A program made the translations under genes and the position numbers. 64,000 bases of DNA from an uncultured Candidatus Saccharibacteria bacterium (GTDB lineage: Bacteria > Patescibacteriota > Minisyncoccia > Phycocordibacterales > UBA918). A model generated the notes under the pieces. The model was not told the DNA's origin. It searched no databases and saw only the letters and a program-made list of their open reading frames with translations. Shown here piece by piece: positions 58,844 to 64,000 of this stretch (the stretch's first letter is position 1; each line of letters opens with the position of its first letter). The stretch spans positions 14,314-78,313 of the forward strand of contig CAZXUO010000001.1 in the NCBI GenBank assembly GCA_964643955.1, written 5' to 3'.

Positions 58844-60406
58844 TTATGCGTAAAACTCAGTATGTGCTTCCTTAAAATCTACGATTGCTTTCTTCAGGAC
58901 CGCATCGGTCTCTTCCTTGATATCGCGATCACCCTCAAGTGCTTTGAAGATTTCAGAACGATCGCGCTCAATAAATGAGAGGAATGCTGCTTCGAGTGGC
59001 TTCACTTTTTCTACTGGCGCACCTTCAAGAAGACCGTTGTTTGCACCAAAGAGCGACGCAACTTGCTTGTAGAACGGCATCGTCTCGTGCTGCTTTTGTT
59101 TCAAGAGCTCCGTAAACTTGCGACCGCTCTCAATGCGCGCCTTGGTGTCAGCATCGAGATCCTGCGCAAACTGCATAAATGCTTCGAGTTCACGGAACTG
59201 CGCAAGCTCGATACGAATCTTCCCCGCAACTTTCTTCATTGCTTTCGTCTGAGCTGAAGATCCTACGCGCGAAACTGAAATACCGACGTTGAGCGCAGGG
59301 CGTACACCTTTGTTAAAGAGTTCTGTCTCGAGGAAGATCTGCCCGTCAGTAATCGAAATTACGTTGGTCGGAATGTATGCCGACACATCGCCTTCCTGCG
59401 TCTCAATGAGGGGGAGCGCCGTGAGTGAACCACCACCGAGCTTTTCATTGAGTTTTGCAGCACGCTCAAGAAGTCGTGAGTGGAGGTAGAAAATATCTCC
59501 CGGATACGCTTCGCGTCCTGGAGGGCGGCGAAGGAGGAGTGACATCTGGCGATACGCGACCGCGTGCTTTGAAAGGTCGTCGTACACAATGAGTGCGTCT
59601 TTTCCTTGCTGCATAAAATATTCACCGATCGCAGCTCCGGCAAATGGTGCGAGGAATTGGAGTGCGGCAGGGTCTGCTGCGGAGGTTGAGACGACGATGG
59701 TGTACTCGAGTGCACCGGCATCTTTGAGCTCTGCGACGATGCGTGCAGTTTTTGATTCCTTCTGACCGATTGCAACATAGATACAGATCGGACGACTTTC
59801 TGCAGGTTCAAACTTCTGATTGAGAATCGTGTCGATCGCAATCGTTGTCTTTCCAGTACCGCGATCACCAATGATGAGCTCGCGCTGTCCGCGGCCGATC
59901 GGAATCATCGCGTCAATCGCCTTGATGCCGGTGTGGATCGGGTAATTTACCGCAGAACGATCCATCACGCCGTACGCCTCGCGCTCAATCGGCATGTCTT
60001 TGTCTGCTTTGATCGCTCCTTTTCCATCAAGCACTGCGCCGAGCGGGTCAACGACACGACCGACGATTCCCTCCCCAACCGGAATCGAGAGAAGTTTGCC
60101 GGTACGCTTCACGAGCATGCCTTCACGTACACGCGCGGTATTGCCGAGCACCACCACCTTCACGGTGTCTTCTTCGAGGTTTAGGACGAGACCGTAGAGC
60201 GCATCGTCGGCACTGAGTACATCAGCGACTGTTGATTCGCCCGCGTCGTCAAAACGCACCATTTCAGACATGAGTGCATCGCGGAGACCTTCGATCTCTG
60301 CAATACCGTCTCCTACTGAAACCACGCGACCGACTGCTTCGGGTGTTGCGTGTGGCTCAAATGAACCAATCTCTTTCTTGATGCGCTCTATGATGGTGTT
60401 GCTCAT
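58844..60406 (-). CDS. atpA: ATP synthase alpha subunit
   Basis: [38 protein letters not shown]. Confidence 0.98.
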   Translation of the reverse strand: MSNTIIERIKKEIGSFEPHATPEAVGRVVSVGDGIAEIEGLRDALMSEMVRFDDAGESTVADVLSADDALYGLVLNLEEDTVKVVVLGNTARVREGMLVKRTGKLLSIPVGEGIVGRVVDPLGAVLDGKGAIKADKDMPIEREAYGVMDRSAVNYPIHTGIKAIDAMIPIGRGQRELIIGDRGTGKTTIAIDTILNQKFEPAESRPICIYVAIGQKESKTARIVAELKDAGALEYTIVVSTSAADPAALQFLAPFAGAAIGEYFMQQGKDALIVYDDLSKHAVAYRQMSLLLRRPPGREAYPGDIFYLHSRLLERAAKLNEKLGGGSLTALPLIETQEGDVSAYIPTNVISITDGQIFLETELFNKGVRPALNVGISVSRVGSSAQTKAMKKVAGKIRIELAQFRELEAFMQFAQDLDADTKARIESGRKFTELLKQKQHETMPFYKQVASLFGANNGLLEGAPVEKVKPLEAAFLSFIERDRSEIFKALEGDRDIKEETDAVLKKAIVDFKEAHTEFYA

Positions 60407-60435
60407 AATGAATACCGTGAAATGATTATTAAAAA

Positions 60436-60831
60436 TTATCGATCTGCAGTGATGGTGCGATACAGCGATACGAGTGCTGTGCGATAACTCGCATCAACCA
60501 TCGTAGTGCCGCTCGCGAGGATAAAGCCTCCGACAATCCGTTCGTCCACAATTGTTTCGTAGTTCTGTACGTCTTCTCCAAGCAAAGCAGCTGCTTCGGC
60601 AATAGCTTGAGCGTGGACGTTTATATCCTCAGCCTTACCGATACGCAATGTCCGTGCCTGCTTTTTTTCATTGCGTGCCTGAAGCGATGTGAGTGCGCGC
60701 TCAATGCGTGGAATGAGACGTTCGTGACCGCGCGCGCCAAGTACCCGCGCAAGACCAGTTGCAATCTCTGCATCAGTCTTACCTTCTTCTTGAAGCGCTA
60801 CGATGGCGCGCGCGTACTCGTGCTCAAGCAT
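60436..60831 (-). CDS. atpH: ATP synthase delta subunit (short)
   Basis: YARA; [14 protein letters not shown]; between atpF and atpA. Confidence 0.8.
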   Translation of the reverse strand: MLEHEYARAIVALQEEGKTDAEIATGLARVLGARGHERLIPRIERALTSLQARNEKKQARTLRIGKAEDINVHAQAIAEAAALLGEDVQNYETIVDERIVGGFILASGTTMVDASYRTALVSLYRTITADR

Positions 60832-60833
60832 GA

Positions 60834-61277
60834 TTATGATTTCTTCAAGATCTTCTCTGCAGCGAGAATCGCCATCTTTGCGATCTCGTCCTCACTTTCC
60901 TTTCGAGCGCGCTCTTCTATCTCACGAGCCTTTAGAGCTGCTTCCGCAAGGACACGCTCACTTTTTTGTGCTGCCTCCGCAAGCACCTCTGCACCTTTTT
61001 CTGTTGCAGCATCCTTTGCACGAACGAGCACTTCTTCAGCACTTCCGTGCGCAGCTTTAAGGATCGCAGCTTTTTCTTCCTCAGCGCGTGCAAGATTTTC
61101 ACCCGCAGCTTCGGCATCACGTACTCCCTGTTCTATTTTTGCCTTGCGAGCGTCGAGCATTGAAAGCACGGGCTTGTAGAGGAAATACCACAACAGCGCC
61201 AAAAGAAGCGCGAAGTTAAAGATCTGGATGACGATGAGTCTCCAGTCAATTCCAAATGTAGTGAGTATTTCCTGCAT
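60834..61277 (-). CDS. atpF: ATP synthase b subunit
   Basis: QIFNF.LL....FLYKPV...LD.R...I then coiled coil. Confidence 0.92.
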   Translation of the reverse strand: MQEILTTFGIDWRLIVIQIFNFALLLALLWYFLYKPVLSMLDARKAKIEQGVRDAEAAGENLARAEEEKAAILKAAHGSAEEVLVRAKDAATEKGAEVLAEAAQKSERVLAEAALKAREIEERARKESEDEIAKMAILAAEKILKKS

Positions 61278-61294
61278 AGGCAAAGAAACCGAGG

Positions 61295-61534
<240 letters not shown>

Positions 61535-61590
61535 TTAATTTAATGAATAAATGACAGCGACCGAACGGGTCGAGCACTGTCATGTGCTCA

Positions 61591-62367
61591 CTAATGGGGC
61601 TCGGTGACCGCAAGCTTTATGAAGAAAAGCGTGAGGACCGCAAACACAAAGGCCTGAATAAATCCCACAAAAAGCTCAAAGGCCATGATCGGTACCGGCA
61701 AAATAAACGGTACGAAGAAAATAGTGATGAGCAGAAGCACCTTTCCTGCAAAGATATTGCCGAAAAGACGGAATGAGAATGAGACTAGACGAGCGAGTTC
61801 GCTGAAGAGCTCGATGATTCCAATGAAAAACCCGAGCGGCGACTTAAAGTTAACAAACTTACCCGCGTACTTCAAGAAACCGACCAGGACAAAGCCTGCG
61901 ATCTCAATCGCGAGGAATGCGATGATCGAGAGCGCGATCGTCACATTGAGGTCGGTATTTGCCGGATATAAGAAAGGAATAAATTTCTCATGACCGTCGT
62001 GCATCGCTGTAAAGCCGATTGAGGTCACACCCGGAAGCAATCCAAACCAGTTTGCACCCAAAATGAACAAAAAGATCGTCATGATGAGCGGAAAAAACTT
62101 TCGTGCGAGCGCATCGCTCTCCAATACATCCTTGATGTAGTCGTAGGCTCCGCCTATAAGCAACTCGACAAGCACCTGCACCTTGCCGGGGATCATTGAA
62201 AGCTTGCGGCGCATAAGGAGCGCCCCCGCTACGAGGAGCAGCATCACGCACCAGACGGTAAAGGTCGTATTGGTGATCGGTACACCAAAGACATGCCCGA
62301 TCACATCAGGAGCAAGGTGAATAGAAACACCCTTTTCAGCGCTGTGTTGTACTGCCTCCTCAGCCAT
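61591..62367 (-). CDS. atpB: ATP synthase a subunit
   Basis: NWFGLLP, SFSFRLFGNIFAG, FIQAFVF..LT. Confidence 0.95.
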   Translation of the reverse strand: MAEEAVQHSAEKGVSIHLAPDVIGHVFGVPITNTTFTVWCVMLLLVAGALLMRRKLSMIPGKVQVLVELLIGGAYDYIKDVLESDALARKFFPLIMTIFLFILGANWFGLLPGVTSIGFTAMHDGHEKFIPFLYPANTDLNVTIALSIIAFLAIEIAGFVLVGFLKYAGKFVNFKSPLGFFIGIIELFSELARLVSFSFRLFGNIFAGKVLLLITIFFVPFILPVPIMAFELFVGFIQAFVFAVLTLFFIKLAVTEPH

Positions 62368-62407
62368 AAAAATCGCTCAAATCATAGCATTTTCACCCTC
62401 TTTTCGC

Positions 62408-62442
62408 AAAAGAAAACCGCCCGCAGATTTCTCTGTGGGCGG
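62408..62442 (-). terminator. Intrinsic terminator
   Basis: Minus strand CCGCCCACAGA-GAAA-TCTGCGGGCGG-TTTTCTTTT. Confidence 0.7.
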
Positions 62443-62469
62443 CAGTGTACTTGCGATCCAATGTCAGCT

Positions 62470-62862
62470 TCAGGCGCGGCGCTTAACGAGCTCGCCGTGA
62501 AGCATTCCGCGAAAATCGGCGATCGGTCGTCTTCCTGCAGCGATCGGCGCTTCTGTCGACAGATTTCCGACCTCGCTCACGGTGAACTCGATGACCGAAC
62601 CTCCCTTTTCGAGGCGAGGCTCGAGATCCACCACGACTGCCTTGCGGTGGTTTCCGTAGATCCACGTCCGCGGAATAGCTCCGGTCAGCGGGACCTTGAT
62701 TTGCTTGAGGCCCTTATGAACCACGAGCACCCCATCGTAGGCATCAGCTTTTCGATCAAGCGACGCGCGAACACTGAAGCGGAGCGCTGCTGCTCCCGCG
62801 AGGTAGGGAGAGACTCCCGACCAAATCACAGGTATCGAAGGCATGCTTCCCCCAAACCACAT
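62470..62862 (-). CDS. Hypothetical protein (orphan)
   Basis: ORF between a minus-strand promoter and a minus-strand terminator; start uncertain. Confidence 0.5.
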   Translation of the reverse strand: MWFGGSMPSIPVIWSGVSPYLAGAAALRFSVRASLDRKADAYDGVLVVHKGLKQIKVPLTGAIPRTWIYGNHRKAVVVDLEPRLEKGGSVIEFTVSEVGNLSTEAPIAAGRRPIADFRGMLHGELVKRRA

Positions 62863-62905
62863 GCATCGAGCGGACTATCCGCACGACTACAGCGGTACCG
62901 AGGGA

Positions 62906-62934
62906 AGTAGAACATTACTATACTGTTTTGTCAA
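62906..62934 (-). promoter_or_regulatory. Putative promoter similar to the one at 14116
   Basis: TTGACA-17 bp-TCTACT; 23/29 identical to 14116-14144. Confidence 0.55.
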
Positions 62935-63533
62935 TGTTCCTGTGGACGCAATTTCACAACATCTTTATATCTAAAACAAGACATAACATGATCATTTGCC
63001 ATACCGACTGCCTGCATATGTGCATACCACACCGTAGGACCCAGAAAAGAAAAACCGCGCTTTTTAAGGTCTTTTGACATCGCAATCGCAAGATCCGTAA
63101 CTGCCGGAATGTCAGAACTCTTCTTTCTTTTTCCCTGAACGGGCTTCTCCTTCACCCAACCCCACATATAATTTGAAAAACTTCCAAATTCTTTTTGCAC
63201 GAGAAGAAATGCTTTTGCATTTTTGATTGTCGACTCAATCTTCATTCGGTTGCGGATAATCGAGGGATCATTTACAAGACGCGCAACATCCTTTTCGCCC
63301 ATTTTCGCAACTTTCTTTGGATCAAAACCCTTAAATGCCTTTCGGTATCCTTCGCGACGATTGAGGATTGTTTTCCATGAAAGACCCGCCTGCGCACTCT
63401 CAAGGACGATAAATTCAAAGAGTTTGACATCGTCAGTTACCGGCACGCCCCACTCCATGTCGTGGTACGCAATGTAGTTCTCATCAGTTGTCCCCGCCCA
63501 TGCACAACGAGGCTTGCGATTAAGGTTTTGCAA
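62931..63533 (-). CDS. tag: DNA-3-methyladenine glycosylase I
   Basis: RC.W, YHD.EWG, LE..QAGLSW..IL..R, IIRNR.KI, G..NDH...C. Confidence 0.95.
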   Translation of the reverse strand: MQNLNRKPRCAWAGTTDENYIAYHDMEWGVPVTDDVKLFEFIVLESAQAGLSWKTILNRREGYRKAFKGFDPKKVAKMGEKDVARLVNDPSIIRNRMKIESTIKNAKAFLLVQKEFGSFSNYMWGWVKEKPVQGKRKKSSDIPAVTDLAIAMSKDLKKRGFSFLGPTVWYAHMQAVGMANDHVMSCFRYKDVVKLRPQEH

Positions 63534-63999
63534 AATAGATTATTTTTTTTGAGACATCATTTACCGTAGCTGGGCTAAGTGTGCCATTTTCTACGCGTAT
63601 CGCAGTACTGGTTGCATATGAGTCACTAACTTTTTCTTTAAGCTCACTTCTTGCAATTTCCATCTCATTTTTCTCTGGTGTTTCAATTGTTATTACTTGA
63701 TCACCTTCTATCTGCCAATCAACGCACCCGTCAAAACGTTGTACAGACTGTTCATAATTTCCGACAACTTTTGAAATATTTAAAGATCCACATCCGGCGT
63801 CGGAGTATCCCCCAATGATATACCACGTCCGTTCATCTTCATCATACCCTTCTATATAAGGCCCAACGGTAGTTGTTGCAACCAGAGCGGGTATACCACC
63901 ATTCACTGGAACGGTGTATAGACTTGAGGGACAATCTTTCCAATTCTCAGGGCAAATGGTGGCAGTCGTGTAATAAAAATTATCTTTATGGATGAACAA
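63520..63999 (-). CDS. Hypothetical protein (5' end lies outside the window)
   Basis: Open to the window edge; Cys pairs and beta-rich composition suggest an exported protein. Confidence 0.55.
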   Translation of the reverse strand: MFIHKDNFYYTTATICPENWKDCPSSLYTVPVNGGIPALVATTTVGPYIEGYDEDERTWYIIGGYSDAGCGSLNISKVVGNYEQSVQRFDGCVDWQIEGDQVITIETPEKNEMEIARSELKEKVSDSYATSTAIRVENGTLSPATVNDVSKKIIYFAKP

Positions 64000-64000
64000 T

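Noticed and set aside
62293-62910. 205-aa + strand ORF
   Set aside because: Overlaps the atpB start and a terminator; promoter and terminator polarity favour the minus-strand ORF.

Overview
Gene-dense bacterial chromosomal segment (standard code) that looks like a Patescibacteria/CPR (Parcubacteria-like) genome. This is inferred from the short ATP synthase epsilon and delta subunits, truncated AlaRS, archaeal-type AspRS, short L13, Zn-free L36 and near-absence of Shine-Dalgarno sites. It carries peptidoglycan and segregation genes (M23 peptidase, murG, ftsW, mraY, DD-carboxypeptidase, scpAB, mltG), five aminoacyl-tRNA synthetases, grpE-dnaK-dnaJ, an infA-rpmJ-alpha operon-rplM-rpsI block, a DNA-repair cluster, an RND pump and a full atp operon. 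I saw no tRNA, rRNA, CRISPR array, transposase or integrase. Main observations: (1) a 28-bp 11-6-11 near-palindromic dif-like site at 5542-5569, exactly where gene orientation flips from mostly + to mostly -, suggesting the replication terminus; (2) pervasive extended -10 boxes 6-8 nt before start codons, suggesting leaderless mRNAs; (3) an AT-richer island with a membrane protein, a SET-domain methyltransferase and an orphan 7TM histidine kinase; (4) two multi-stem intergenic elements (14441-14542, 49417-49509); (5) self-contained orphan promoter-ORF-terminator units, two sharing a 23/29 identical promoter; (6) uncharacterised modules (actin-fold plus baseplate-J-like pair; sigma region 4/HARE-HTH fusion). 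All assignments are by eye from motifs; no searches were run.
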